From the sequence record MH494197.1: a stretch of DNA of 64,000 bases. The stretch is one strand, 5' to 3'. Within the stretch, counting starts at the first letter, position 1. The number at the start of each line of letters is the position of its first letter. The notes under the pieces are model-generated. The model was not told where the DNA came from, searched no databases, and worked only from the letters and a program-made list of their open reading frames with translations. Below, piece by piece: positions 23,050 to 34,099 of the stretch. The position numbers and the translations under genes were made by a program.

Positions 23050-23649
23050 TTACCATTCTCGACAGAGAAATACTGGAACTCCATCTTGGTCCACATCTTC
23101 GTATGTTAACGCAATTAACATTTCATAATAATCTTGGAATTTCATTGATGCATAATATGTTTTGTCCTCACCGTACATTCCAAATGATTTGAATTCAATG
23201 TCACCTACATTGTGTGTATCGCTATCACTATTCACGAATTTTAACAGACTGTTGATTAGTCTGATTAGAATATCATCTTTATTCATTATCAGATAACTCC
23301 CTGTGCATGTTGTATAAATCTCTAAAGTCCTGATAGAAATCTTTTCTTCAAGAATATCTTTTAAACTAGGAATCTCATCCATAATCTCATCGATATCAGT
23401 TTCAATAGTAAAACCTGATTTATAATTTTGTAAGAGATAACTAAAAGCAACAAGATAAAGAATTTCATTTGGTTTATGGATTAACATGTGTTGGAACATA
23501 ACTGATTCTAAATCAGATTCAGTACTAAGGTCAGCATAACATGTATCGTTGGTGTCAATTCGTACTTTACTTGAATTTGGATTCCATGTAAAGCAATGTG
23601 TTCCAACTGTTCCCAAACATCCTACTCTTGTACTATCATTTGTTCCCAA
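23050..23649 (-). CDS. family A hypothetical protein
   Basis: motif DLESVMFQHML. Confidence 0.55.
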   Translation of the reverse strand: MGTNDSTRVGCLGTVGTHCFTWNPNSSKVRIDTNDTCYADLSTESDLESVMFQHMLIHKPNEILYLVAFSYLLQNYKSGFTIETDIDEIMDEIPSLKDILEEKISIRTLEIYTTCTGSYLIMNKDDILIRLINSLLKFVNSDSDTHNVGDIEFKSFGMYGEDKTYYASMKFQDYYEMLIALTYEDVDQDGVPVFLCREW

Positions 23650-24418
23650 AAGATATCAAAATACGTTTCATCTGTATAATCGTATTTTTGTACTTTACCT
23701 TTTTAAGGCATAAATCATTATCCTTTCGAAAAGTTTTAGATGATAGTGTATCAATGATGCACATTAATGTTTTTGCAAATGCAATACAATGACGTAATTC
23801 AAGTCTATGGAAATTATAATTAGTAAAATTCATAAAATTCATAATTGTACCTTCAATATTTTATCAGCAATTGATATAACCTTGTCATTGAATACATTAC
23901 CAATCTCAATTCTTATATACATCGCAGGTGGAATCTTTCCCTGAAGTGCATAATATGTTTGTATACCTAAGTACTCATTATTTGATAATGAAAATTTGAT
24001 TCTCTCCATATCTATGTCTGATTTTGGTAAATCTAGTAGTTCATGGTGGTAGTCAACATTTTCAGTGTATATTGATTTAAGTAATTTGAATGATCACTAC
24101 TAATGTAGATGCTATCATCACGAATAATTACTTTATAATCAGAAGGTTCAAACTTATCTTTAGGAGAAAAGAAGACATCATCTATCTTCTTCTCGTATAC
24201 CGAATAACAATTTACCATCGTACTTTACATCAAGCATATTACCTAGAATAGTAATTACACAATGTTCATCAATGTCATGACGTAATGAACGAGTCTTGTA
24301 TTTTGGGTTAATGAAAATTTTCATTAATTTTATACAAATGTCGGCAATGCATTTTACATTATCATTTTCTATGTACATCAAAACCCTCTTTAATTCTTTT
24401 ACATTTTAATGAATACTT

Positions 24419-24853
24419 TCATTGCAGAGATCTCAAAAGATAATGATTTAAAATTGCAGTACTTTTAAAGTACGACATAATGAATAGCATTTTGAGTTCT
24501 TTTTCTGTGTAAATTAAACTATTTTGAAAGTAACTTTCTTCTGATAAATCATCAAGAAAAGGATATACAACTCCATTTGGAGTCAAGAACATGACACGTT
24601 CACTCCAAGATCTAAATGAAATGTAATCAGTCTTACCACATTCATATAAGGAGTTTATCATTCCATCAATCATTAAGGAGAACTCAATACTGTATCCTAA
24701 TCTTTGACACTTGTATCTCTTATCTTCTTTCTTTGTAATTACGAAGTGACGACCCAATGAGTCTTTGTTATCGAAAATGAAATCAACTGTCTCTAAACAC
24801 TCCTTAGCGAACTTCATAGTTTCTCTGTACTTTCGGTTCATTAGTCTCTCCAA
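24419..24853 (-). CDS. family A hypothetical protein
   Basis: motif SEESYFQNSLI. Confidence 0.65.
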   Translation of the reverse strand: MERLMNRKYRETMKFAKECLETVDFIFDNKDSLGRHFVITKKEDKRYKCQRLGYSIEFSLMIDGMINSLYECGKTDYISFRSWSERVMFLTPNGVVYPFLDDLSEESYFQNSLIYTEKELKMLFIMSYFKSTAILNHYLLRSLQ

Positions 24854-25587
24854 ACTTTACGGAAGTGTTTCTCGTAGAACTCATCATCACTTAACATATA
24901 ATCAGGTGTTTCTACTTCTATGGGTTTGTAGAATGTTTCTGGAATGTGTGTAATTTTATTTGGTTGTACTTTATGTTCGCGTAAAACCTTCTGTATAGCT
25001 CCTAGGCGTTGTAAATCAATACAGGTGGGCAGAACTAAGCTGTACTGAAATAGCTCATCAGGGTCATTATAGATACATCCTTGGCTTGTTTGATTTTATT
25101 GTTGGCATCAATGAATATATCAAATCCAAGTACTGCATTATAGCTTACATATGTTGTTTTGTTTTTGTCAATAGCTGCACTTAAACTATATCCATATATT
25201 CCATGTTGGTCAACAATGCATCGTTGCATAATTTTAATCATTTCGAACATAATTTACCTCGTATGTGTTATAATTCCACGTTTTAACACTATCCATTTGT
25301 ATATCCTGAACTTCATGGAAATATTTAAGTACCTTCTGGTATTCCATTAGTTCGTACACATCTTCAGTATTGACAGTGCTCTCCTGAAACAATTCCTCTT
25401 CTGATAAAGTACTATAATCAGGATTTTTATTTCAGAATATATCTCATTCATATATGAATCATTTTGGTAAATCTGTAGATAAAACTGATTATATTCAGGG
25501 ATATAGGTTACGAAATGGTTCTTGATGAATTCATATCTTGAAGCAAAGCAATCATTGCCATCCGTCATGTACTGAATTGTTGTTGTA

Positions 25588-26070
25588 TTATGCATTCAAA
25601 TAATCCACGCATTTATGGTATACATCTAAATCTAAAAAGAATCGTTGTTTGTATTTGTAATGATGAAGTAGTGCACCATAAAGTAATATAGCATTAAGTA
25701 CTTTTGCATCATGAATACAAGACCCTTGGAAGTACATTTCTTCAGTCATGAAAACTAACTCATTGTAAGGGATAAGCACTGAATCTCTAAATGTATCAAT
25801 GTTAATCTTCAAATCGGACCCTTGGCAATATGAAATATATTCACCTCTGTAATGAAAGTCATTATCGTCAAAGTACTCAGCATATACTTGATTGTTCCTA
25901 TTATTTTTAAAGGCAAGTCTTCCTTTGGTTGAACTGAATTGGTCATATTGGAACATTCCACCAAAAGGCATTCCACCGAAAGGTTGGGGACTTCTGAACT
26001 CCTTTGCAATGCGATGAATGTTAGATGCAAATTCTAAAACACCATCGTAATCATATTCTGTTGTAATCAT
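25588..26070 (-). CDS. family A hypothetical protein
   Basis: motif TEEMYFQGSCI. Confidence 0.65.
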   Translation of the reverse strand: MITTEYDYDGVLEFASNIHRIAKEFRSPQPFGGMPFGGMFQYDQFSSTKGRLAFKNNRNNQVYAEYFDDNDFHYRGEYISYCQGSDLKINIDTFRDSVLIPYNELVFMTEEMYFQGSCIHDAKVLNAILLYGALLHHYKYKQRFFLDLDVYHKCVDYLNA

Positions 26071-26575
26071 AGACCATTTTTCTCCATGTACTCAATGATT
26101 TCATCTACGAAGTTTAAATCCATATAGAATCTATCATTTGCGTCATTGAGTTCATCTTTAAGTACTGTAAAAATTGTAGAACTAAACACGATTCTCTCAT
26201 TGTACAAAGTACTGTACTGGAAGAATTCTTCTTCTGATCTAACATTAAATGTGTCATATTCATCATCAACATCAGATCAGGATGATAGTACTTAAAACTA
26301 TCAGATGTATGGAAACAATATGAGATAAAATCCTGATGGTGCATCGTCAAGTACACGAATACCACAGAAATTCTCATCTGTAGTATGCAACAAATTGCTA
26401 TTCATTGACAAATAATTTTTGTACGCATAAAGTGTGCATCTTGGGAGAATTATATTCTCTTTAACTGTTACAAGGAACTTATGAAGTTTAATGATATTTT
26501 GTGCGATTTTTTGTGCATTGCTAAATGATAGGTCTTTGACATTGTGATATAACCCTTTACAATTAATATAAAGAG

Positions 26576-26605
26576 ATTATATCACAAAGATTTGGAGGGT
26601 GTCAA
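26576..26605 (-). promoter_or_regulatory. sigma70 promoter TTGACA-N18-TATAAT with TGn
   Basis: TTGACAccctccaaatctttgtgaTATAAT. Confidence 0.7.
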
Positions 26606-26856
26606 GAGTTCTCACGAAGTTCTACCATTTCTTTCCATACTAAATGGTAATCTTCTAAGTCCAGATAGAAGTCTTCATTTAAGTGCTCATATAAGTACTT
26701 GTACATGAATAGTACACCTAAATTATATTCAGTATTAAGTAATGATTGTTGGAAGTAGTTTTCTTCATTTAGTTCTATATCCATGAACTCAAATCTACCT
26801 AGACCTTTTAATGTACGTATCTCAACATGTGAAGTATCTGTTTTACTGAAGCACAT
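26602..26856 (-). CDS. family A hypothetical protein (C-terminal part)
   Basis: motif NEENYFQQSLL. Confidence 0.6.
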   Translation of the reverse strand: MCFSKTDTSHVEIRTLKGLGRFEFMDIELNEENYFQQSLLNTEYNLGVLFMYKYLYEHLNEDFYLDLEDYHLVWKEMVELRENS

Positions 26857-27140
26857 GAATCCACCTCTAAATTCGGATCATATTCACATTCATACTGTCC
26901 ACTGTTATTATAGAAATCTCTATTACCATCCTTATCTTTTGGCTTAACAACTGATACGTGAAGGTCGTCATCTTTGTACATTGTACGTTCTGGCGTTTTC
27001 ACACATTTTAACTTATTTTCTTTAATGTACTTGATAATATCAATTATATCTTGTGCAGTACTGATTGCTGCCTCAAACGTATCCAACTTAAGATGATTGT
27101 ATAGAGTTCCCTCGTTCTTTATTTTATCTAACATAAAACC

Positions 27141-27479
27141 TCATAGTTCATACATCTTTGATTTGAATTGCATTGGTCCACCAACTTCACATGGATAATT
27201 TTCCATAATACGATTCAAAAGTATCTGGTACTGTTGTAGTACTTCAATTTCCAAATGTATACTACTATCCAGTACTAATGACTCCTGAAACAATTCACCT
27301 CTATCTAAACCTGAAAAATCATTTATAGTTAGCATTGGCTTATCATTTGTACGCAATGTAAATGATTCCTCATTTCGGATTAATGTACAGAATTCATTAT
27401 GTTTTCTGTTGTAATCCATTTTAACCAATAATAACTTGGTGTGAGTTGCGTACATTATTTTTACTAATTCAGTCTTCAT
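27141..27479 (-). CDS. family A hypothetical protein
   Basis: motif DRGELFQESLV. Confidence 0.65.
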   Translation of the reverse strand: MKTELVKIMYATHTKLLLVKMDYNRKHNEFCTLIRNEESFTLRTNDKPMLTINDFSGLDRGELFQESLVLDSSIHLEIEVLQQYQILLNRIMENYPCEVGGPMQFKSKMYEL

Positions 27480-27750
27480 AACGGAATAAAATTCTCCTGT
27501 ACTGCTCCGGCTTAGTACTCAATCTCTTCACTGGATAATTGTCGAAGATCCTTTTCATTTCTTTCTGGATTAAACAAAGAAAATCAAAATCACAATAGTA
27601 TTTTTTATCCCATACTAAACTTTCTTGAAACAACTCATCTTCTTGCATTAGCGTAGTATCAATTGTATCTTCACGTGTATTTGAGTACGCTTCATGACAT
27701 TGAAAACCATCCTCGGATAATCCTAATGTATATGCCGCCATTTCAAACAT
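27469..27750 (-). CDS. family A hypothetical protein
   Basis: motif QEDELFQESLVW. Confidence 0.65.
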   Translation of the reverse strand: MFEMAAYTLGLSEDGFQCHEAYSNTREDTIDTTLMQEDELFQESLVWDKKYYCDFDFLCLIQKEMKRIFDNYPVKRLSTKPEQYRRILFRYED

Positions 27751-27832
27751 ATCATCATTTGTCTTTAACGAAAGTAAACAACAAACGTATTTTTCGTTGT
27801 GTAGTAAGTAATGCTAATGGTATTCATTGGAT

Positions 27833-28435
27833 TTAAACCTCAGTATAAAGCTTACAATAGCTTTCATCGAAATCAAAAATACTTCTCAAGAACTGACAAA
27901 GGTCAGTAAAAATATTTACATTTGCTATATACACATTATCAAATTCTGTTCTTTCGAAGAATGTATGCATAGAATTTGTAATATATCTCATTGCAGATTC
28001 ACGCTGCATTGTTATATCATTTGTGAACATCGCATCTTCATCAGTACTGACTAATTCAATATCAAATGATTGCATATATGGGATACTCTTCCCTAGTGCA
28101 AAGCTATCACCGTATGATGCTTCAACTGCACCTTTAGAATACACCAATTGATATAAGTCCGAAATAGGGTTATAAAAAGTACGACATATTGATGAACATA
28201 ATTTATTATCTATCCAAAAGAAAACCCTATTTGTATTACCGTCAAATGCTATACGCAATCCATCACCATCTAACGATATATCACCATCGAGATTAAAAGA
28301 GAACTGAACTAATGCTTTTTCTAAGTCCATTCTTTTGTGATAAATGATTTCTTGCATATAGATAATATCATTTACTAATTTCTTAAAATACAAATGAACC
28401 TCAGTACTACAACATTTATTTGCATTTAATAACAT
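27833..28435 (-). CDS. hypothetical protein
   Basis: 200-aa ORF. Confidence 0.55.
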   Translation of the reverse strand: MLLNANKCCSTEVHLYFKKLVNDIIYMQEIIYHKRMDLEKALVQFSFNLDGDISLDGDGLRIAFDGNTNRVFFWIDNKLCSSICRTFYNPISDLYQLVYSKGAVEASYGDSFALGKSIPYMQSFDIELVSTDEDAMFTNDITMQRESAMRYITNSMHTFFERTEFDNVYIANVNIFTDLCQFLRSIFDFDESYCKLYTEV

Positions 28436-28484
28436 AGTAGATCCTTATACATTGCATGTATTCTTACAATGTCTCTGTAATAAC

Positions 28485-28727
28485 TCATATCTTCACGATT
28501 ATCATTAAAACAGTAACACTGAATACAGCAGTACTAATTGAACTATCAACAATGTACTCTTTTAATTTATTATAAAGATATATGCACTTAGTAGATGTAT
28601 CATCCCACATAAGACTATTTTGAAAGATGTTTTCTTCTGTGTTAGGATATAAGTACTGCTCAATCTTGTACCCCAATGAACTATCACAGTTTTTATATAC
28701 AGAAATAGATGGACATTCATATTGCAC
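28485..28727 (-). CDS. family A hypothetical protein (fragment)
   Basis: motif TEENIFQNSLMW. Confidence 0.6.
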   Translation of the reverse strand: MQYECPSISVYKNCDSSLGYKIEQYLYPNTEENIFQNSLMWDDTSTKCIYLYNKLKEYIVDSSISTAVFSVTVLMIIVKI

Positions 28728-28966
28728 ATAATACTAATAACATTATCATTGTATGTAGAAATTAAACTGGTACTGGATGCTACACTTTCATCGTAATTCA
28801 GTACTGAAATTCTTGCATTATCTGTGCAGTACAGATGTTTCATTCCACCTCTCATAGCTAGAGTAAGAAATTTATCAGTGAACCATATTCCTTTTGTTTT
28901 CAGTATAGTTTCATGCATAAGATAAGTTTCAATGAAGATTTTACACGCTCAAATGCCAAGTCAAGT

Positions 28967-29158
28967 TCATTGTACATAACGAATATCCTTCTGTAAGGAA
29001 TCAATATATTCTTTAACAACTTGTTCCTGATACTGTGTGCCCAAATACATCAGTACTTTTAACTCTTTGAATTCAGTACTATATGAGTCGGTTTGCATCA
29101 TTTTAGAAGAATATATATTGAATAGTTTAGCAATATCATCTTGGTCTATTATTTTCAT
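28967..29158 (-). CDS. family B small protein (orphan copy)
   Basis: motif LMYLGTQYQEQVVKEYI. Confidence 0.65.
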   Translation of the reverse strand: MKIIDQDDIAKLFNIYSSKMMQTDSYSTEFKELKVLMYLGTQYQEQVVKEYIDSLQKDIRYVQ

Positions 29159-29203
29159 TAACCCTCTTCTGAATAAGTTCCTGTAAGTGCTGAATATAAC
29201 CCT

Positions 29204-29653
29204 TCATTGCAACATCCTGTTTGTTAGAGCCAACGAAGAACAAGAGCTTAAAGTCATGGTAATCCATTTTGGTTTAGTAGTGAACCATATGTCCCACACT
29301 GCACTCACAGTTCTCATGTATTCAATTCGATTAAATGTTTTGAATACTTCATCGAAATCAACCTTTAATAAATTGATATTTAAATTACTGTTAAATGCCA
29401 TCTGCAATTCCATATAGAACTGAATAATAGCATAGTCAGGATCAGTACAAGATAGTTGAAAGCACTGTTCTTCAAATGAATTGTAATTGTACTTAGGAAT
29501 ATTAATAGTACGATATAACTCTGGATAACCCCATATCATAGTGTACACGTCAATTTCAGTACACTTTTTCTTAAAAGTCATCTGTCGAATAGTTTCAGAT
29601 CTGGATTCAAGGTATACAACATTCTTATGAACTGCTGAACCAATTGAAATCAA
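29204..29653 (-). CDS. family A hypothetical protein
   Basis: motif FEEQCFQLSCT. Confidence 0.55.
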   Translation of the reverse strand: MISIGSAVHKNVVYLESRSETIRQMTFKKKCTEIDVYTMIWGYPELYRTINIPKYNYNSFEEQCFQLSCTDPDYAIIQFYMELQMAFNSNLNINLLKVDFDEVFKTFNRIEYMRTVSAVWDIWFTTKPKWITMTLSSCSSLALTNRMLQ

Positions 29654-29914
29654 TGATGTATCAATGACGTGTTTTCCACGTATCTCACACTTCTGGAATG
29701 CACCATTCCCTGTAAAAGTTTATGGAAATCGTACTTCTCACTAATAACTGTACTAGGATCGATTAAACCAGTACTGCATTTTTCAGTACTGGTACGATAG
29801 TGCGAATCTTTTTGATAAATCTTGTAATGCATCATAATCATTAATGTTAATTTTTCTCAAAGGATGCCTCTTCTATAGTAACGAAATCAACTAACCTATC
29901 AAGTTTTTCAGTGT

Positions 29915-30298
29915 CTAGATAAAATATATCCAGTACTGACTTCTGATATAGTACACTAAATGTACATAGATTGTCAAGTGTTCCTTCATTATAAACAGTA
30001 CTTCGAAGTACCCTTCTTCTGTACTCAGAGATAAAATATCAGAAATTTTAAAAGATTCTTCATTCTCATGACGCTCTATCGTAACTTCATCATATTTTCT
30101 GTTCAATGAAATATAATCGTATGCTAATTCAATAGTACTACAGTTGTTGTTGCTAGTGTCAAATAAAGAATCAATTGTAATCTTCGTGCCATTAGAAACT
30201 TCTCTTCGTTCATCATCTACGTATTCAGGATTTTCTTTGAAGAACTTAACAACTTTTAGAATATCATTTGCTTTCTTGATTGCACTTTCGTAACTCAT
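29915..30298 (-). CDS. family A hypothetical protein (MSxxSA subfamily)
   Basis: MSYESAIKKA start; motif TEEGYFEV. Confidence 0.55.
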   Translation of the reverse strand: MSYESAIKKANDILKVVKFFKENPEYVDDERREVSNGTKITIDSLFDTSNNNCSTIELAYDYISLNRKYDEVTIERHENEESFKISDILSLSTEEGYFEVLFIMKEHLTIYVHLVYYIRSQYWIYFI

Positions 30299-30382
30299 TT
30301 TTTCTGGACTCCATATATATCACCTGATTTAGTTCATATACATAATCTAAATCAATGAATATAGAATTATTAAAGTTCTCTT

Positions 30383-30565
30383 TCAGAAATGCATTAAAAC
30401 TACTAAAGCTCTTAATGCACTATTTGGGTATATAGTACTGTACTGGAAGTAAGCATCTTCTGAATTTAAGAATAGTACTTCTTCTTCGGTGAATTCAAAA
30501 TATTTTCCACTTTCATCGATTGAATAGAAAGTTCCAGAATCCCATACGAAGTACTTGAATTCCAA
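30383..30565 (-). CDS. family A hypothetical protein (fragment)
   Basis: motif SEDAYFQYSTI. Confidence 0.6.
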   Translation of the reverse strand: MEFKYFVWDSGTFYSIDESGKYFEFTEEEVLFLNSEDAYFQYSTIYPNSALRALVVLMHF

Positions 30566-30734
30566 ATCATAATCATGGGACTCGTACTTATATTCATTAC
30601 CTAATCCTAGAATATCTGTACCAACACTTATAGTACTAATATATGCCCTTTATAGTCTAAGTACTTTACATTATTTTGAAAGAACTTTACTATATTAACT
30701 AATTCCTCAGCGTGCTTAAGATCACTTTCGTACA

Positions 30735-31109
30735 TTATATTTCAATCTCTATATATTTTTGGGTAATTAAGTAATCCCAGTAGTACTTCACATGTTTTTG
30801 TATCTCAAGTAAAGCATAAAAATTAATTCTCTTGTCCCATACAAGTGATTCCTGAAAAATAAATGATTCATGGTCATCTCTGTAATCACATTCAAGGAAG
30901 TCAGGAATATAATCACAATCGTGAAGATATTCAATCATTAAAGATTCATTACATCTTCTAACGGCAAGGTGCTGGAAATTATCATGATCGAAGAAATACA
31001 TTAAACTAATTGTACCGGAATGTACTGAATACTGTATAAGAATTTCATCGTTTGCCCTTATGTTCGGTACGTACATATTCATAATCCAAATAAAATCTTG
31101 TGCTATCAA
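30735..31109 (-). CDS. family A hypothetical protein
   Basis: motif DHESFIFQESLVW. Confidence 0.6.
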   Translation of the reverse strand: MIAQDFIWIMNMYVPNIRANDEILIQYSVHSGTISLMYFFDHDNFQHLAVRRCNESLMIEYLHDCDYIPDFLECDYRDDHESFIFQESLVWDKRINFYALLEIQKHVKYYWDYLITQKYIEIEI

Positions 31110-31227
31110 TACTTTTAAAGTACCACATAATAACTAAAGTATCTAGTACTTCATCATCATACAAAGTACTATTCTGAAAGTAATACTCTTCACTATCCCA
31201 CGGACCTTTCAGTACTTCAAAGTTCAA
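31045..31227 (-). CDS. family A protein, C-terminal part (gene probably starts MSLRSAL at ~31487)
   Basis: motif GPWDSEEYYFQNSTL. Confidence 0.6.
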   Translation of the reverse strand: MNFEVLKGPWDSEEYYFQNSTLYDDEVLDTLVIMWYFKSIDSTRFYLDYEYVRTEHKGKR

Positions 31228-31229
31228 TT

Positions 31230-31745
31230 TTAACGGTCTACTGCGATTATAAAACGGATTTCACCTCCATATGCATAACTAATAAATTCTGCATCTGGAT
31301 TGTATTGTGAAAAATCTGCTGGACTTTTGGAATTCAAACCAAGAATAACTGTAGTTGTAGCAAAATCACTATCCTTGTAGTAGTTACCATTCTCGGCTTT
31401 GTATACTTCTTCGAACTTCCCAGCCTTAATATCTTCAATATATGCCTGTAGTTCTTTTGCTTTATCAAGAGCACTTCGTAATGACATTATCTTCCCTACA
31501 GTATTCTCTACGTATTCATAATCGAAATAGAAACTACTAGAGCCAATACTTTTAAAGTACCACATAATTACAATAACATCTAATTCTTCTTCATTGTACA
31601 CAGTACTGTTCTGGAAGTAATATTCTTCACTATCCCACGGACCTTCCAGTACTGAATACGGAATGATTGTGTCATCATCATCGTAATCAGGGCTGTAAAT
31701 TATAATATCTTCATCTCTACAATAACTAATGTACTGATTGTACAT
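31230..31745 (-). CDS. family A protein; track ORF probably fuses two genes
   Basis: motif GPWDSEEYYFQNSTV followed by an internal MSLRSALDKAK start. Confidence 0.55.
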   Translation of the reverse strand: MYNQYISYCRDEDIIIYSPDYDDDDTIIPYSVLEGPWDSEEYYFQNSTVYNEEELDVIVIMWYFKSIGSSSFYFDYEYVENTVGKIMSLRSALDKAKELQAYIEDIKAGKFEEVYKAENGNYYKDSDFATTTVILGLNSKSPADFSQYNPDAEFISYAYGGEIRFIIAVDR

Positions 31746-31905
31746 ATGATATTCACAGTCATCAGTATCACCCGTATCAGTGTGTAGTACTAACGTTTCT
31801 GCACATATCTCTGACTCATCATAATCGTCGCGGTCTTTTACAAAAATTCAGTATCAGATGTTTTATACACACGGCACTGAACCTTCTTGTACCATAATCA
31901 TGTAA

Positions 31906-32103
31906 TCATGAATCTTCTTTGCTTCTTTCAATGCACTTTCTAATGACATTACTAATCCCTGTACTTAAATATTCACATGCTCCCCAGTCAAGGAAGAAGG
32001 GTTCAAAATTCAATTCCTTAAAGTACCACAAAACAACCAAGGAATCAAGCATTTCTTGGTTAAAAATAAGACTCTGTTGGAAGTAATACTCTTCAGTACC
32101 CAC
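31906..32103 (-). CDS. family A protein (fragment)
   Basis: motif GTEEYYFQQSLI. Confidence 0.6.
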   Translation of the reverse strand: MGTEEYYFQQSLIFNQEMLDSLVVLWYFKELNFEPFFLDWGACEYLSTGISNVIRKCIERSKEDS

Positions 32104-32363
32104 GGCCCATCAAGTACCCGAAGTCAACAGGTGTATTTGATGTGTCAAAAGTAATCTTAGTACGGAATATATACAAAGAAACTAGTATATTGACTACATG
32201 AAGAGTACTGTATAGTATTGTCTTTATCATGGCCCATAAGTAAAATATCATCAGAGTATGTCTTTATACCTGATAGATAATACTCATTACCAAATGCACT
32301 TACTTTATCACCATAGAAACCACTTTTATGTTATCGTGGAAGTGATGTATTTTGTGTGCCAGT

Positions 32364-32738
32364 TTAAGTGCACTTGCTAAACTCATATATCCTCTTTAAT
32401 AACTCGTAGTAGATCCAAGTCCAGATAGAAGCTAGGACAATCGGTATTATTAAAGTACCACAGAATGACAAGCTTGTCAAGCACATATTCCTCGTAGATA
32501 GTATTCTGCTGGAAGTAGAACTCTTCACTTCCCAGTCATTATCCAGTACTGAATACGGAAGATGTTTCTCTGCTGCACCAGTTATAATGTCAGTATATTG
32601 TATTAAAATATCAGCATCACGACAGAAGTACATGTAATTATCTTCCAGATTAACATCACACCCAGTGAGTGTTGTTTCAGAAGAATCTAAGTTTTCTTCG
32701 TACATGTGAATGTACTCACTACTGTCATCGTATATCAT
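32364..32738 (-). CDS. family A protein (frameshifted)
   Basis: motif EEFYFQQNT in the alternate frame at ~32500-32530. Confidence 0.5.
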   Translation of the reverse strand: MIYDDSSEYIHMYEENLDSSETTLTGCDVNLEDNYMYFCRDADILIQYTDIITGAAEKHLPYSVLDNDWEVKSSTSSRILSTRNMCLTSLSFCGTLIIPIVLASIWTWIYYELLKRIYEFSKCT

Positions 32739-33124
32739 TCGACAATAAGCTTTACCTTCCTTGAATAGATACCCATTGAGACGATTGAGTACTATTTCCT
32801 TTTACATAAATCAATTAACTTAGCAATTTCTAATGCTCTTGTAAAACTCATATCAACTCCTGTGTTGTGTCTTGATATAATCTCGGTACACCATGTGAAT
32901 ATTAGCTATATACAATTCACTAATATCATATGTACCGAAGTTCATGTCATTCCTAATGCTGTTGTTATGTCTAATATCAATTACGAATCGTCGAAGTATT
33001 GTATTCATGAATGATTCCATTTGTTCTTTTTATTCATAGCTTAAAACGATACCTATCTTTGAATCAGACTCTATACAGATTCTTCTATATTCTTTCATCT
33101 TCTGTTGGAGTTCAATTACTTCCT

Positions 33125-33448
33125 CTAGTGTACACAAGTACTTTTGTCAAATATTAATGACTCTTGAAATATTTCAGCCTCACCATGTACTGTTGTATAG
33201 TCTTTCATATTTTCTACAACTGTTCCTTTGGACTGATAATCAATGAAGCTAAAGTAAGCACCATTAAATTTAATGTACTGATCCATTTTGTGTTCATAAT
33301 CACCTTTGTTAAGATTGCAATACACTTCTAGCGAAGTACTAATCTTAGGTATAAACATAGAAAAATCATATTCCATATTACTCACCTGTATTGAAATAAT
33401 AATTACTTGTTGTTGGTGTAGATGTATCAAAGGTGTTTTCTTTAACAT
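33125..33448 (-). CDS. family A protein (CNLxKGD subfamily); likely start 33378
   Basis: YCNLNKGD and GEAEIFQESLIFDK. Confidence 0.65.
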   Translation of the reverse strand: MLKKTPLIHLHQQQVIIISIQVSNMEYDFSMFIPKISTSLEVYCNLNKGDYEHKMDQYIKFNGAYFSFIDYQSKGTVVENMKDYTTVHGEAEIFQESLIFDKSTCVH

Positions 33449-33743
33449 ATCTCTTCATTTCATTTTGTATAAAAATCATATCTTCTATTGTACATGAGTA
33501 CTTATTCTTGTCAAACACCAAAGAAGCTTGAAATAGTTCAGCATTATCTAGTACTGTATAATCTGTAATACTTTCAGAGTTATAGTCGAAGTCATCATGT
33601 AATACATCAATGAAATTAAAACACAAATCGGAGTACTGAATATATAAACTCAACTCATGTTCCGAATCACCCTTGATAAGATTACAGCATAAATCCCATC
33701 CTGTTCTGGACCTGCAAACGTACATTGAATAATCATATGTCAT
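33378..33743 (-). CDS. family A protein (CNLxKGD subfamily)
   Basis: CCNLIKGD and DNAELFQASLVFDK. Confidence 0.7.
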   Translation of the reverse strand: MTYDYSMYVCRSRTGWDLCCNLIKGDSEHELSLYIQYSDLCFNFIDVLHDDFDYNSESITDYTVLDNAELFQASLVFDKNKYSCTIEDMIFIQNEMKRYVKENTFDTSTPTTSNYYFNTGE

Positions 33744-34099
33744 TATGTAATTCCTATATTGAATTTGTATTCTTGATTAATACTTACATTGGATGTATTC
33801 AAAGCAGCATACTCTTTCATTTCATTTTGTATAGCAATTACTTCTTCTAGTGTACACAAGTACTTCTTATCAAATACTAATGCAGCTTGGAATAGTTCAG
33901 CGGCATCCATTACTGTATAATCCGGCATATCTTGATGTGGATACTGTAATGAATCGTAATCAATAAATGTAAATTTACCCTGAGTGTAATGAATATACTC
34001 ATTTGCACTGTGCATTAAATCACCTTTGTTTAAATTACAAAAGTACTGAAAACTGTTCTTAAAAGAATGTACTGATATTACAAAATCAAATTCCATCAC
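33743..34099 (-). CDS. family A protein (CNLxKGD subfamily)
   Basis: FCNLNKGD and DAAELFQAALVFDK. Confidence 0.7.
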   Translation of the reverse strand: MMEFDFVISVHSFKNSFQYFCNLNKGDLMHSANEYIHYTQGKFTFIDYDSLQYPHQDMPDYTVMDAAELFQAALVFDKKYLCTLEEVIAIQNEMKEYAALNTSNVSINQEYKFNIGIT

